From Obrimoposthia wandeli (taxonomy: Eukaryota): a DNA stretch of 64,000 nt. The stretch lies in the NCBI GenBank assembly GCA_977020255.1, contig CDROCS010005168.1:1-64000 (forward strand), written 5' to 3'. Both the position numbers and the translations under genes were made by a program. Below, piece after piece: positions 41,117 through 51,715 of this stretch; the stretch's first letter is position 1; each line of letters starts with the position of its first letter. Under the pieces are notes generated by a model. The model made no database searches. It was not told the origin of the DNA and saw nothing but the letters and a program-made list of their open reading frames with translations.

Positions 41117-41581
41117 TTAATGCGCTTGGCTTAAGCGTGCTTGTAGTAAACGGTCCGCGCTGAAACTACCTGCCCCACGTATTACCAAAGCAACGCTAAG
41201 GGCTAATAGAGCCAAACCAAATTCGTAACCGTTGTTCGCCATAAAAAGACCATTTGGCAAATGCACCGTGAAAATCGCGACCAGCATCGTAATAGCCAGC
41301 AATAAAGCTGCTGGGCGTACCAAAAATCCAATGATCAGCAGTAAGCCGCCTAAGAATTCAGCGCCGCCCGCCATTAGAGCCATAAGTAAACCAGGATCAA
41401 GGCCGATAGATGTCATCCATCCCGCTGTGCCTTCTAATCCGTAGCCACCGAACCAGCCGAATAATTTTTGACTGCCGTGAGCGGCGAATATAACGCCAGC
41501 GCCAACGCGAATTGCTAAAGTATCAAAGCCAGAAGCCGTGTCGATCAGTTTGCTAATAGGGTTTTTAATGAGTGTATTCAT
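41117..41581 (-). CDS. DoxX family membrane protein
   Basis: HGSQKLFGWFGG, AEFLGG, NNGYEF. Confidence 0.92.
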   Translation of the reverse strand: MNTLIKNPISKLIDTASGFDTLAIRVGAGVIFAAHGSQKLFGWFGGYGLEGTAGWMTSIGLDPGLLMALMAGGAEFLGGLLLIIGFLVRPAALLLAITMLVAIFTVHLPNGLFMANNGYEFGLALLALSVALVIRGAGSFSADRLLQARLSQAH

Positions 41582-41756
41582 GTTCTATCTCCAAAATCTA
41601 TGAGTATGTTTGTTTAGCTGATGGAGTTAGTATATCGATCTGGATAATTGTAATAAGTCTTATTTTTTGTTTAGAATGATCTAAATTTTAGAACAATAAA
41701 AATAGCTGCTTTTCGTGCTTAGTACTAAGTATAGAGCAAACAAGGTAAGTAAAATT

Positions 41757-42653
41757 ATGAATAGGAATCCGATCACCATTGAAGTTCTTGAGACTTTAGA
41801 TGCCATTGAGCGTCGTGGCAGCTTTGCTAAAGCAGCAGAAGAATTGAATAAAGCCACATCAGCTGTTTCCTACGCGGTGCAGAAATTAGAAGAGCAGCTA
41901 GATATTTCTTTATTTCAACGCCAAGGACGCCGTTCAGTGCTGACCCCTGCAGGTCGTCTTATCCTCGATGAAGGGCGCTACATCCTAGATATAACCAGCA
42001 GGTTGGCGCATAAAGCAAAAGAATTAGCCACAGGTTGGGAACCACGGATCAGCATTGCAGTTGAATCGATGCAATCTTACACTGCTTTTTTCTGCGTGAT
42101 AAACACCTTCCTCAAACAGCACCCCACGATAGAAATCGATATTCGCGAGTCAGTGCTTAACGGTGGTTGGGAAGCGCTGGAACATGATCGAGTTGCACTG
42201 ATTGTAGGATCACCAGGGCCAGTGCCGTTACAAAAAGGCTACCGATCAATACCCATAAATCGCCCTGAATTAATCCCAGTGATTGGCGCACAACATGAAC
42301 TAGCAGCACTGGCAACACAGCCTGAAAAGCTGACAACACTGCTGCCCAGCATTCGGCGCGTCATCACGCACGACACATCGCAACAAGATATTACCCGCAG
42401 TGCTGGTTTAAGCAGCGATGGGCAAAAATTTTATGTTCAAAATATCGATCAAAAAGTAACAGCCATTCTTGCAGGCATCGGAATTGGTCACTTGCCGAAA
42501 GAACGTGTACAGCAATATATCAAAGCAGGGCAGTTAATCGCCCTACCATTAACACAAGGAGACAAGGACGAGAACTTTTTAGCCTGGAAAATAAATAACA
42601 AAGGTATGGGCTTGCAGGCATTAACTAGGCTACTGGCCTCTGCGTTAGGGTGA
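41757..42653 (+). CDS. LysR family regulator
   Basis: GSFAKAAEELNKATSAVSYAVQKLEEQL; probable start 41757; divergent from the doxX-yqjG-pirin genes. Confidence 0.92.
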   Translation: MNRNPITIEVLETLDAIERRGSFAKAAEELNKATSAVSYAVQKLEEQLDISLFQRQGRRSVLTPAGRLILDEGRYILDITSRLAHKAKELATGWEPRISIAVESMQSYTAFFCVINTFLKQHPTIEIDIRESVLNGGWEALEHDRVALIVGSPGPVPLQKGYRSIPINRPELIPVIGAQHELAALATQPEKLTTLLPSIRRVITHDTSQQDITRSAGLSSDGQKFYVQNIDQKVTAILAGIGIGHLPKERVQQYIKAGQLIALPLTQGDKDENFLAWKINNKGMGLQALTRLLASALG

Positions 42654-42832
42654 TGGTTAGGCGTGGTTTTTATTCAATCTGCGATAATACCAAAATTCGC
42701 TGCTATAATAATTTTTCATTCGAAAGGGTCGTCCACGGGCGGTATTCCACCACCGATTGGGGTTTTATTATCTGTGATATATAGATCTACTTACTCAGTA
42801 TTCCCTTAGAAAGATCACTGGTTGTTCATAAT

Positions 42833-43729
42833 TCATTCCCTAAATGCATTAGCTTTATTTTGTGGGAGGATGTTGTAAAATACCGCAATCAATACTAAGG
42901 CCCCGCCGATCCAAGTGGCAGAAGATGGGAGTTGCATAAAAATCAGCCAAGCCCACAACGGTGCTAGCGGGGCCTCCAGTGTGCTTATCAGAGCGGATTG
43001 GGAAGCTGGAATTAAACGCGTACCTTCCACCATTAGTATTGTCGCTAGTGCGAAAACCACACCAAACCCCACTAACAAAACTAAATCCATAGCACTGGGG
43101 AACAGGACACTGGGAACAACAGCGCTGACAGCAAAGGGGTCACTTAATATGAAACTCAGTAATACGTGAATTGCCGCTGAAATGAGCGTGGATAAAATCA
43201 TGGGCTTATCGGGAAATTTTCTAAATAACACCACTAAGGCAGACATACCTAAGGCCATACATAGCGCCAATACATCTCCGATCAAGTTAATAGACCCACT
43301 TGATCCACCCACCATAATCACCACGCCAACTAAAGCGAGCGTGGCACAAATAACGCCCCTAGTATTAATTTTTTCTCGCAAAAACACCCAAGCTAATACT
43401 GATACTATGAAAGGGGTAACAGCGTAAATTATCGACACATTAGCGATGCTTGTGTACTTAAAGGCGCTGATAAAACAAATAGTTGAAACTGCGCCAATCA
43501 CAGCGGATAACCAGCCAGGCCAACCTAGTTGTTTAAATTCATGCGTAATGCCTTGCTCGCTTTTTTTGTGGCCGTATAAGCCTAAAATCAAAATTGAGAA
43601 AAGGCCTCTGTAAAATAAAATGACCCACACACTGGCTTCTATTCCTTTTGCGAACAAACCAAGCGTGCTCCAAACTATTGCAGAGATACAGACGAGGATG
43701 ATGCCGATTTGATGGGTGGTGATTTTCAT
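42833..43729 (-). CDS. DMT/EamA family transporter
   Basis: Two EamA repeats; LAWVFLREK, LEAPLAPLWAW. Confidence 0.9.
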   Translation of the reverse strand: MKITTHQIGIILVCISAIVWSTLGLFAKGIEASVWVILFYRGLFSILILGLYGHKKSEQGITHEFKQLGWPGWLSAVIGAVSTICFISAFKYTSIANVSIIYAVTPFIVSVLAWVFLREKINTRGVICATLALVGVVIMVGGSSGSINLIGDVLALCMALGMSALVVLFRKFPDKPMILSTLISAAIHVLLSFILSDPFAVSAVVPSVLFPSAMDLVLLVGFGVVFALATILMVEGTRLIPASQSALISTLEAPLAPLWAWLIFMQLPSSATWIGGALVLIAVFYNILPQNKANAFRE

Positions 43730-43917
43730 CAGCTGTTAGCACTTGTGTTAGAAAATTGCATACTAATTCTCCAACTACGATGCAAATACACCTCTGAGAT
43801 GACTAAATTATCGGTATTATGAAGTTTGCTCATTTTAAGATCCTCGCGATTGTATTATTTACTTATAGTCGCAGTATAGGCTACTATTAATACTCATACA
43901 TCGAGAGTTATCGAACT

Positions 43918-44598
43918 ATGGTTGTATCTAAAGGTATGGCGGCCATCGCCGCAGCTATGGCATCTCCCTCCAGAATTAATATGCTTGAAGCGCTCGCCGG
44001 AGGTATTGCACGCTCAGCGACAGACCTTGCAGGCATTGCTGAAATACAAACGAATACCGCCACCACGCATTTACAAATATTGTGCAAAGCCAATTTAATT
44101 AAGGTGGTAAAACAAGGCCGATATCGCTACTTCAAAATCAAAGATGAAAGTGTCAGTGATTTGATAGAAGCTTTAGGAGAGCAAACTGGTGTAAGCTCAA
44201 AAGCCACCAATATGCCAATGTCGGATATGGCCTTTGGCAGAACTTGCTACGACCATTTAGCGGGGTGGCTGGGTGTGCAGTTAACTGAAAGTTTGATATA
44301 CCAGCGGTACATTATTCAGTACGAAAAATCCTTTGCTTTGACTGAAAAAGGAACTGCTTTTCTCACTGAACTAGGAGTTGAATTAGATAACCCTAAAAAC
44401 ACGCGCCGCGTTTTTGCCCGCGCTTGTCTAGATTGGACCGAAGGCGAAATGCATGTAGGCGGAGCACTTGGGGCTGAATTGCTTACATTCTTTGTCGCTG
44501 AAAAATGGGTCGCTAAGAATGATGACTATCGAGAGATTGTTGTATTACCCAAAGGTAAGGAAAATTTTCAAAACTATTTTGGCATCACATTTTCTTAA
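43918..44598 (+). CDS. ArsR/SmtB family regulator with C-terminal extension
   Basis: PSRINMLEAL, TATTHLQIL, QGRYRYF; RTCYDHLAGWLGV and CLDWTE C-domain. Confidence 0.88.
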   Translation: MVVSKGMAAIAAAMASPSRINMLEALAGGIARSATDLAGIAEIQTNTATTHLQILCKANLIKVVKQGRYRYFKIKDESVSDLIEALGEQTGVSSKATNMPMSDMAFGRTCYDHLAGWLGVQLTESLIYQRYIIQYEKSFALTEKGTAFLTELGVELDNPKNTRRVFARACLDWTEGEMHVGGALGAELLTFFVAEKWVAKNDDYREIVVLPKGKENFQNYFGITFS

Positions 44599-44890
44599 TA
44601 TCAATTGAAGTAACAGCTGATACCTGTAGCCGTTAGTTGAGTGAATTCAAGGTACGATTATACTCATGGTTAAACTCTATGTATAACAACATGGAATCTA
44701 CATGATTTTTCTAATCAGCTCTCAGCATGTGCAATTTAACGTTTCATTAAATACATAGATTTATCTTGAATAATAACAGAAAACAAGGGGTGTTTATAAA
44801 AGCTGTTATAACAGAAAAATAACAGTAATCCATGCTGTTTAATGGACTGAGTTTTTAGTAATATCAGGCTTTTAATTAACGGCCAACGTC

Positions 44891-45385
44891 ATGTTAAAAC
44901 CGCATACTCCTCTAGATCTCCCTCAATACATCGATGAAAAACCTGCGCATCAACATATCGCAATTTTAGCTAAATGTTATCAAGCATATTTCGCTGCACC
45001 CTTGCTGGCTGAGTGCGCAGATGAAAACGCATTTTTGGCTAAGGCGTGGCAGGCTGATTTTGTATTGCTATCTCATGGTATTGGCGATGATCCGGTTTTT
45101 AATTTTGCTAATATTGCGGCGCAAAAATTGTTTGAAATGGATTACCTCGCGCTAACGAATTTACCTTCGCGCCAATCGGCAGGCATTAGCACGCAGGCCG
45201 AGCGCGACAAATTACTTGCTGAAGTTAGCAGTAAAGGCTGTATTGATGATTACTCAGGGATTCGAGTGTCTGCTAGTGGTAAGCAATTTTTTATTGAGCG
45301 CGCCAAAGTGTGGAACCTAGCAGATGAAGATGGCAATTATTATGGGCAAGCTGCAATGTTTAATTCATGGACAGCGATTACTTAA
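44891..45385 (+). CDS. MEKHLA domain (PAS-like) protein
   Basis: LLSHG..DPVFNFAN..AQKLFE, PSRQSA, YSGIRVSASG, VWNL.DE.G..GQAA.F..W. Confidence 0.88.
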   Translation: MLKPHTPLDLPQYIDEKPAHQHIAILAKCYQAYFAAPLLAECADENAFLAKAWQADFVLLSHGIGDDPVFNFANIAAQKLFEMDYLALTNLPSRQSAGISTQAERDKLLAEVSSKGCIDDYSGIRVSASGKQFFIERAKVWNLADEDGNYYGQAAMFNSWTAIT

Positions 45386-45393
45386 GGGCAACT

Positions 45394-46032
45394 ATGCATA
45401 TTATTTTGCTAGCAGATATTTTTGGTGAAACGGCGCCGCTACAAAGTTTTTCAACGATGTTAGCAGCAAAAGTCACCATTATATCACCTTATGATGAAAT
45501 ACTAGAGTTTGCCGATGAAGCGCAAGCGTATGCGCATTTTATGCAGCATGTGGGGTTAGAGAGATACTGCCAAAAAATTATCAAGCACCTTAATATATGT
45601 GAAGCGCCTGTCTCTGTGATTGCTTTTAGTATTGGCGCTTCAGCTATTTGGAAAATTAGTGGAATGGGGCAAGCAGAAAGTCATGTTGAGGCGAATGCCC
45701 GTGCCGCGGGGAAGGTTAAAGGAGCGTTATGTTTTTACAGCTCGCAAATTCGCCACTTTATTGATTTTCAAAACAGCTTTCCCGTGCAATTAGTCTTCGC
45801 TAAACATGAAGCACAGTTCTCAGTTATTGATGTAATCAAGCAGTTATCGACAAAGCAGCAATTACACCTTCATAGATCAAACTATCTACACGGATTTATG
45901 AATGAAAAATCGAACAACTTTGATGAACAAGGTTACCAGCAATATCTTGAGTGTATTTTAGCTGTGCCAAAAAATAGCAGTTATCATTTAACAAAGTTTG
46001 CCGATCAGGGGGGTAATACAACGTGGCTGTGA
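45394..46032 (+). CDS. dienelactone hydrolase-like alpha/beta hydrolase
   Basis: DIFG, AFSIGAS nucleophile elbow, HGFMN; probable start MHIILL at 45394. Confidence 0.75.
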   Translation: MHIILLADIFGETAPLQSFSTMLAAKVTIISPYDEILEFADEAQAYAHFMQHVGLERYCQKIIKHLNICEAPVSVIAFSIGASAIWKISGMGQAESHVEANARAAGKVKGALCFYSSQIRHFIDFQNSFPVQLVFAKHEAQFSVIDVIKQLSTKQQLHLHRSNYLHGFMNEKSNNFDEQGYQQYLECILAVPKNSSYHLTKFADQGGNTTWL

Positions 46033-46143
46033 TTAGATACGTATTCTCAGTGTCACTGCTGGGCAGGTAATTTTTTGCAAGTATAGAAAGTATAGATCTT
46101 TGTTATGCTAGGCATCATGTACTTTTTTTTCACAGCTTTTAAG

Positions 46144-46168
46144 AAGCCGTTTTTTGCGCTAACGGCTT
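46144..46168. terminator. hairpin between convergent genes
   Basis: AAGCCGTT-N9-AACGGCTT. Confidence 0.55.
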
Positions 46169-46213
46169 AATGAAATGCTAAGTAGCCGTTACTATTATCT
46201 CAACCCCCAACGC

Positions 46214-47383
46214 TTAGACCCGTTGTACTAGTAGCGCAATACCTTGACCACCTCCAATACAGGCGGCTGCTATTCCGTAGTTAGCTTTTTTCTCAATTAA
46301 GATACGGCTCAGCGTTCCTGCCAAGCGAATACCACTGGCGCCTAAAGGATGCCCAAGGGCGATAGCACCACCATGTATATTGACTTTTTCTTCATCTATG
46401 CGCAGTTGTTGCATCGCGTATAAAGGGACTATGCTAAATGCTTCGTTAATTTCCCAATAATCGATATCATCGACGCTTAAACCACTGATGTCGAGTAGCC
46501 GTTGCACTGCGGGAACGACAGCGTTGCCCATTATTTCAGGGCGCACACCGCGATCAACACAAGCGAGAATGCGGGTCATTGGTTGTGCATTGTGTTCTAG
46601 CAGTGCCGATTCAGACATCATGGTGACTAATGCTGCACCCGAGGTAAGTGGCGAGCTATTGCCCGCTGTGATGTTGCCGTCTTCACTAAATACAGGGCGT
46701 AATTGTGCAAGTTGCTCTAATTGAGTATCACTGCGAATATTGGCATCTTTATCGAACGGCTGCGCTGCAATAGTCACCGCTTGTATTTCTCGATCGAAGA
46801 AACCATTTGCTCGCGCTTGTGTTGCACGCTGATGAGAACGTAGAGCAAACTGATCTAGCGCGGTGCGTGAGATTGTAGATTCTTGTAATAGTGCCTCGGC
46901 GGTTAGTCCCATATTCATTGCTAATTGCATGTCGTAGTGCGCGGCGCAATCAGGTGCTACTGTTAATGTTCCCTCGTTGAATAAGCTTGCACCCATGGGA
47001 ATACGCGTCATATTTTCATAGCCCCCCGCCAATGCTACCTCCGCGGTGCCGCTGGCAATATGTAAGCTGGCACTGCGTATGGCAGCCAATCCCGATCCAC
47101 ACTGTTGATCGATACTGCGGCTGGCACATTGATCGCCGAGCTTACTTTGAAAAATTGGGTAGCGTCCACCAAAGCTCCACTGGTCTTTGACAGGTAGCGC
47201 GCAGCCGATAGTTAAGTCGTCGATCGCTTCTGGACTCAGCTGACTGTCATCTAAATAACCATCAATTAATTGGCTCAGTAGACTATCTGAGCGCAGTTCT
47301 GCTAATGCATCTACTGCAATTTTTTTACTGTGAGCGCGGCTGAATGCACTGCGCTTAAAATAGCTTAAAAAAACCGGTTTCAT
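46214..47383 (-). CDS. acetyl-CoA C-acyltransferase (thiolase)
   Basis: QQCGSG, GNSSPLTSGA, EINEAF, GHPLGASG, CIGGGQG; start at 47383 overlaps the upstream stop (ATGA). Confidence 0.95.
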   Translation of the reverse strand: MKPVFLSYFKRSAFSRAHSKKIAVDALAELRSDSLLSQLIDGYLDDSQLSPEAIDDLTIGCALPVKDQWSFGGRYPIFQSKLGDQCASRSIDQQCGSGLAAIRSASLHIASGTAEVALAGGYENMTRIPMGASLFNEGTLTVAPDCAAHYDMQLAMNMGLTAEALLQESTISRTALDQFALRSHQRATQARANGFFDREIQAVTIAAQPFDKDANIRSDTQLEQLAQLRPVFSEDGNITAGNSSPLTSGAALVTMMSESALLEHNAQPMTRILACVDRGVRPEIMGNAVVPAVQRLLDISGLSVDDIDYWEINEAFSIVPLYAMQQLRIDEEKVNIHGGAIALGHPLGASGIRLAGTLSRILIEKKANYGIAAACIGGGQGIALLVQRV

Positions 47384-48678
47384 GTGTTCTCCAACTGGCA
47401 CCATCGACTGATAAATAGCGCATAAGTTTTTAAGGTATGGCGGATAGATTCAATTTCAACACACTCATCCACACCGTGGATATTCTTAGCTATTGGCCCA
47501 TAGCAAGTGCCTACTGTACGGCTGTAAAAATGAAAAGCACGCAAGTCAGTGGTGCAGGTGGATAAGTACTGCTCAGGTTCACTATCAGCAAGGGTACGGT
47601 GACAATCACTGAGTAATTTAATACCTGGATGTTGTAAATCAACTAAGTGGCCTTCTGAGCGAAAACCGTGAAAACGTACTACAGGTTTGCCTTGACTGAA
47701 AGCAGTATCTTTTGCCGCTGCCTCGGCGATACAGTCACTGACTTTTTGCATGATTTCGCTGGCTGACATGCCGACAGGAAAACCGATGCGCCCTTCAATT
47801 TCTGCGTGAGAAGGCACGCTCGACGCCCAGTTTCCCCCTTCAATTTTTCCTATATTAAGATTAAAAGGGCTTGTGAAGCTATCATAAGGTGGCTGTCGGT
47901 AGCTCTCGTTGAGTTGTGCTTCTAAGGATTTTAGCCAGGGGATTAAGCGTTGAATTTTTTCGATAGCGTTTACCCCTGACGCAGTATCTAGAACATGCAC
48001 AGGTTTTCCTCGAACGGTCACTTTAAACCAGAGCACGCCGACTTGACCACTGTATATCTGCGGGCCAAAAGGTTCGGGAATAAGTACAAAATCGCCGCCA
48101 AATCCTTGCTGTAAGCAAGCGAGTGCACCATTGCCAGAACATTCTTCTTCAACAACCGTTTGAATATTCAGTGGACTGGTAATTTTTATACCTAAACGCT
48201 GTATTGCATGTACGGCAAATATCATGGCTGCAACCCCTGATTGCATATCGCCAGCCCCACGACCATAGAGCCATCCCCCTTTGCGCCAAGGCTGATTGGG
48301 CGCGCGGCTCCACATATCACTCGGATCAGCACTAACGACATCTAAATGGCCATTGAGTACCAAGCTTTTGCCTGCTCCTTGCGGATTGAGTTGTGATACT
48401 AAATTGTATTTGTGTTCATGATCCCAGGGAACTGGGGCGTAGAGTGGATGTTGACACAGTATGTGTTGTTGCATTGCCACGCGCTGGATGGGTAAATTTA
48501 GCGCTTTCAATTGCCGCTCAACTGTATTTAGCACTCCCTGTTCAGCATTTAATATTGCATACTCTTGCACCATGTCTTGGGTGAAGCTTAAGCAATCTTC
48601 AAATATCGCATCGCAACTATGACCAATTTTTTGTTCCAAATCAGATAGTGGTTTATGTGGGAGATTGTTCAAGGACAT
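47380..48678 (-). CDS. ArgE/DapE family (M20) deacylase
   Basis: NGHLDVV, GRGAGDM, EEECSGNG, IPEP, NIHGVDE. Confidence 0.92.
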   Translation of the reverse strand: MSLNNLPHKPLSDLEQKIGHSCDAIFEDCLSFTQDMVQEYAILNAEQGVLNTVERQLKALNLPIQRVAMQQHILCQHPLYAPVPWDHEHKYNLVSQLNPQGAGKSLVLNGHLDVVSADPSDMWSRAPNQPWRKGGWLYGRGAGDMQSGVAAMIFAVHAIQRLGIKITSPLNIQTVVEEECSGNGALACLQQGFGGDFVLIPEPFGPQIYSGQVGVLWFKVTVRGKPVHVLDTASGVNAIEKIQRLIPWLKSLEAQLNESYRQPPYDSFTSPFNLNIGKIEGGNWASSVPSHAEIEGRIGFPVGMSASEIMQKVSDCIAEAAAKDTAFSQGKPVVRFHGFRSEGHLVDLQHPGIKLLSDCHRTLADSEPEQYLSTCTTDLRAFHFYSRTVGTCYGPIAKNIHGVDECVEIESIRHTLKTYALFISRWCQLENT

Positions 48679-49322
48679 AAAACTTTTACCTCTTTGCCAA
48701 TAATCAATTCGGCTGCGGTGATAGCTTGTAACTGCGCAATGCTAATCTCGGGGATTTTTTCCCGTAGTAACAAACCAGCAGGAGTGACATCTATTACTGC
48801 TTTTTCAGTAATGATGCGCGACACACAAGCGCTTGCGGTGAGCGGGAGTGTGCAACGCTTTAAAATTTTTGGGCGCCCGTGCTTATCGCAATGTGTGGTC
48901 AGCACTATCACTTTTGGAGTTTTTTGCGCTAGCTCCATGGCACCACCGATGCCCGGTGAGAACTTGCCAGGGATTTTCCAGTTAGCAAGATTACCCTCTT
49001 GGTCTACCTCGAAAGCGCCGATCATAGTCAAATCTAATTTGCCGCGGCGAATAAGTGCAAAAGAGACTGAGCTGTCAAAAAAACTGGCCCCCGCCTGCGT
49101 GGAAATATAGTTACCGGCAGAGTCGATTAAATAGGGATCTATTTCGTCTATTGGGGGTTGATCAGCCACGCCTAACACACCGTTTTCAGAATGGATAAGT
49201 ACCTTGGTATCGGCCGTTAAAAAATGGACAACTTGGCTGGGCAAGCCGATACCTAAATTTACCACATCGCCAAAGTGCAACTCTTGTGCGGCGCGAGCAA
49301 GTATACGATTAGTGTCTGACAT
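48669..49322 (-). CDS. 3-oxoacid CoA-transferase subunit B
   Basis: VNLGIGLP, HSENG (catalytic Glu), GIGGAMEL, LPLTA. Confidence 0.93.
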   Translation of the reverse strand: MSDTNRILARAAQELHFGDVVNLGIGLPSQVVHFLTADTKVLIHSENGVLGVADQPPIDEIDPYLIDSAGNYISTQAGASFFDSSVSFALIRRGKLDLTMIGAFEVDQEGNLANWKIPGKFSPGIGGAMELAQKTPKVIVLTTHCDKHGRPKILKRCTLPLTASACVSRIITEKAVIDVTPAGLLLREKIPEISIAQLQAITAAELIIGKEVKVLCP

Positions 49323-50004
49323 GATGTGCTAGTACTCCATATTCCTCGGTGAGTTGCGCCAGTTCAACCAGCGTATCGACAAACGCGCAAACCGTGTGCA
49401 CTTGCTCAGGAGCGATACCGCCGGGTGGACAAATGTCAGCAGATTCAGCGATGACTGATGCAGCAGCCATTGCCATCAGTGGGTTAAAGTTTAAGCCCGC
49501 ACCGCGATAAACTAAATTGCCAAAATGATCCGCACGCGAGGCGTGAACTAAGGCAAAATCAGCACCGAGCGCATTTTCAACTTTGTAGCGCTGCCCCTGC
49601 CATATAATACAGTCCTCGGGCTGAGTTATTTCAGACTCCAAACCTATGTCGCTGAGAAAACCGTAGCTGCCAGCGCCCGCGGTGCGAATTTTTTCTGCGA
49701 GTATGCCCTGCGGATGAAACTCAACAATTAAACAGCCCTCATTCATTTGTTTGACAACTTCACGATTTAGGCCGATGTGGGTGGTAACTAGTTTGCTAAC
49801 TTGGCCGTTTTCTATGAGTTTACTGATACCAATACCTACTTCATTGGCATCATTTTTTATTAACGTTAAGTTTTTTTGTCCTTGACGACACAGTTCATTA
49901 ATTAAGCTGAAAGGAGTGCCTGGACAGCCGAAACCGCCTACCATAATGCTGGCACCGCTGGGAATTTGGCTAATTGCCTGTTCTATTGCCTGTTGTTTAT
50001 TCAT
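49309..50004 (-). CDS. 3-oxoacid CoA-transferase subunit A
   Basis: IMVGGFG..GTP, PQGILAEKIRTAGAG, ADHFGNL, NFNPLMA. Confidence 0.93.
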   Translation of the reverse strand: MNKQQAIEQAISQIPSGASIMVGGFGCPGTPFSLINELCRQGQKNLTLIKNDANEVGIGISKLIENGQVSKLVTTHIGLNREVVKQMNEGCLIVEFHPQGILAEKIRTAGAGSYGFLSDIGLESEITQPEDCIIWQGQRYKVENALGADFALVHASRADHFGNLVYRGAGLNFNPLMAMAAASVIAESADICPPGGIAPEQVHTVCAFVDTLVELAQLTEEYGVLAHHVRH

Positions 50005-50230
50005 AGTGAGTACTTATAGCTCAGGTAAAGTTGACGGGTATCCAGCACATATATGTTGTGCTGCGACCTGCTGGTTGTGGCAATACGTCTTTATCAAACA
50101 TGCATTCAAGAGAGAGCTGCGGTGTTCTCATGTGCTAAATTTTGCAGTACCTATTGGAGCGGTTAGAGAAAAGAGCAATGCTTTTTTCTTATGCGCAGCA
50201 ATACGCAGTACGGTGACTGGCGAGTTTAAG

Positions 50231-51571
50231 TTAAAGCAATAATTGCTCTAGCTGATAGACTGATTTATCTAACATAGTGATGAGTTGATCTATCTCGCCC
50301 CGAGTGATTGTCAGTGGTGGAGTGATAAGTATGTGATCACCTAAGACGCCATCCAGACAGCGTCTTGGATACACTAAAAGCCCATTTTGTTTAGCAATAG
50401 CGGTAATTTTGGCAAAGACATTTAGTTCAGCAGGCCAAGGTGTTTTTGTAGCAAAGTCACTGACAAATTCCAGTCCTTGGAGTAGGCCTATGCCTCTTAC
50501 TTGCCCAATAATGGCATGGCGTGTGGCTAAAGATGCTAATTGTTGGCGTAGGTATGCGCCTTGCTGCGCGGCATTTTCTACTATGTTTTCACTGTGCATC
50601 GCCTTGAGCACAGCGACACCGGTAGCGCATGCCAATGGATTTCCGGCATAAGTATGACCGTGCTGAAAGCCACCACTTTGCATGACTACGTCGACAATCT
50701 CCGCTGTGGCGAGCATCGCGGCAACGGGATAGTATCCAGCACCTAAACCTTTGGCCATCGCCACAATATCGGGCTGCACGTTATAGTGTTGGTAAGCGAG
50801 CCATTGACCAGTGCGGCCGACACCACTGAGTACTTCATCCATGATCAGTAGGCAACCATGGCGTTGGCACAATTGTTTAACGCCATCGTAATAAGCTTGA
50901 TTGAGCATACGTGCGCCAGTGCTAGCACCGCCGACTGGCTCAAGTACAAAAGCGATAATGCTGTTGCTCGGCGCCTGCGCCATTAGTTGAGCGGTACGCG
51001 CTAGGATGTCGCTGACATGCTCATCTAAACTATCTTGTGGGTAGCGATAAAAATCAGGCGAAGGAACTTTGATTGCCTGTTGCGTAATATCCTTAAAAGG
51101 TGCTTCTAAAGGGGCATAGCTGGTTAAACTTAGAGCTCCTAAAGTACTACCATGATAAGAGGGAGCAAGAGAGACAAAGTGCTGACGCTGTGTTTCCCCT
51201 TTAGCATAATAGTACTGGCGGGCTAATTTCATACCACTTTCAATCGCTTCAGAACCACTGCCGACAAAAAAAACTTTATCTAATAAACCTTGGTTAATAT
51301 CGACCAACATTTGTGCTAAATCAATGGCAGCCTGGCTTTCAAATTGCGTGCGGTAGCTAAAGGCCACAGCCTCTAATTGCTGGTGCATTGCTTGTTTGAT
51401 AGCAGGGTGGTTATGGCCCATATTACAAGTGATAGCCCCTGAACAACCATCGAGGTATTGCTTGCCATCTGTGTCCCAAATAAACACTCCATCTGCATGA
51501 CTGACCAAAGGTAACTGAGTATCGGTTTGATAAAAGAGTGGATTTTTGGCTGTCATGACTAAATTACTCAC
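50231..51571 (-). CDS. class III PLP aminotransferase
   Basis: YLDGCSG, SGSEAIE, SYHGSTLG, EPVGG, DEVLSG.GRTG, AKGLGAG (PLP Lys), GHTY. Confidence 0.93.
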   Translation of the reverse strand: MSNLVMTAKNPLFYQTDTQLPLVSHADGVFIWDTDGKQYLDGCSGAITCNMGHNHPAIKQAMHQQLEAVAFSYRTQFESQAAIDLAQMLVDINQGLLDKVFFVGSGSEAIESGMKLARQYYYAKGETQRQHFVSLAPSYHGSTLGALSLTSYAPLEAPFKDITQQAIKVPSPDFYRYPQDSLDEHVSDILARTAQLMAQAPSNSIIAFVLEPVGGASTGARMLNQAYYDGVKQLCQRHGCLLIMDEVLSGVGRTGQWLAYQHYNVQPDIVAMAKGLGAGYYPVAAMLATAEIVDVVMQSGGFQHGHTYAGNPLACATGVAVLKAMHSENIVENAAQQGAYLRQQLASLATRHAIIGQVRGIGLLQGLEFVSDFATKTPWPAELNVFAKITAIAKQNGLLVYPRRCLDGVLGDHILITPPLTITRGEIDQLITMLDKSVYQLEQLLL

Positions 51572-51715
51572 TGTGGCTTTTTTTTAATTTCAATGAGTAT
51601 AGAACAGGATGATAATATTTAAAATTATAATGTTTTTTCATTAAATGATGACTTATAGTCATGATGTTTTTAGAATATTATTACCGTACTTTTTTGAAAT
51701 TCAAGGGAAGTGTAA

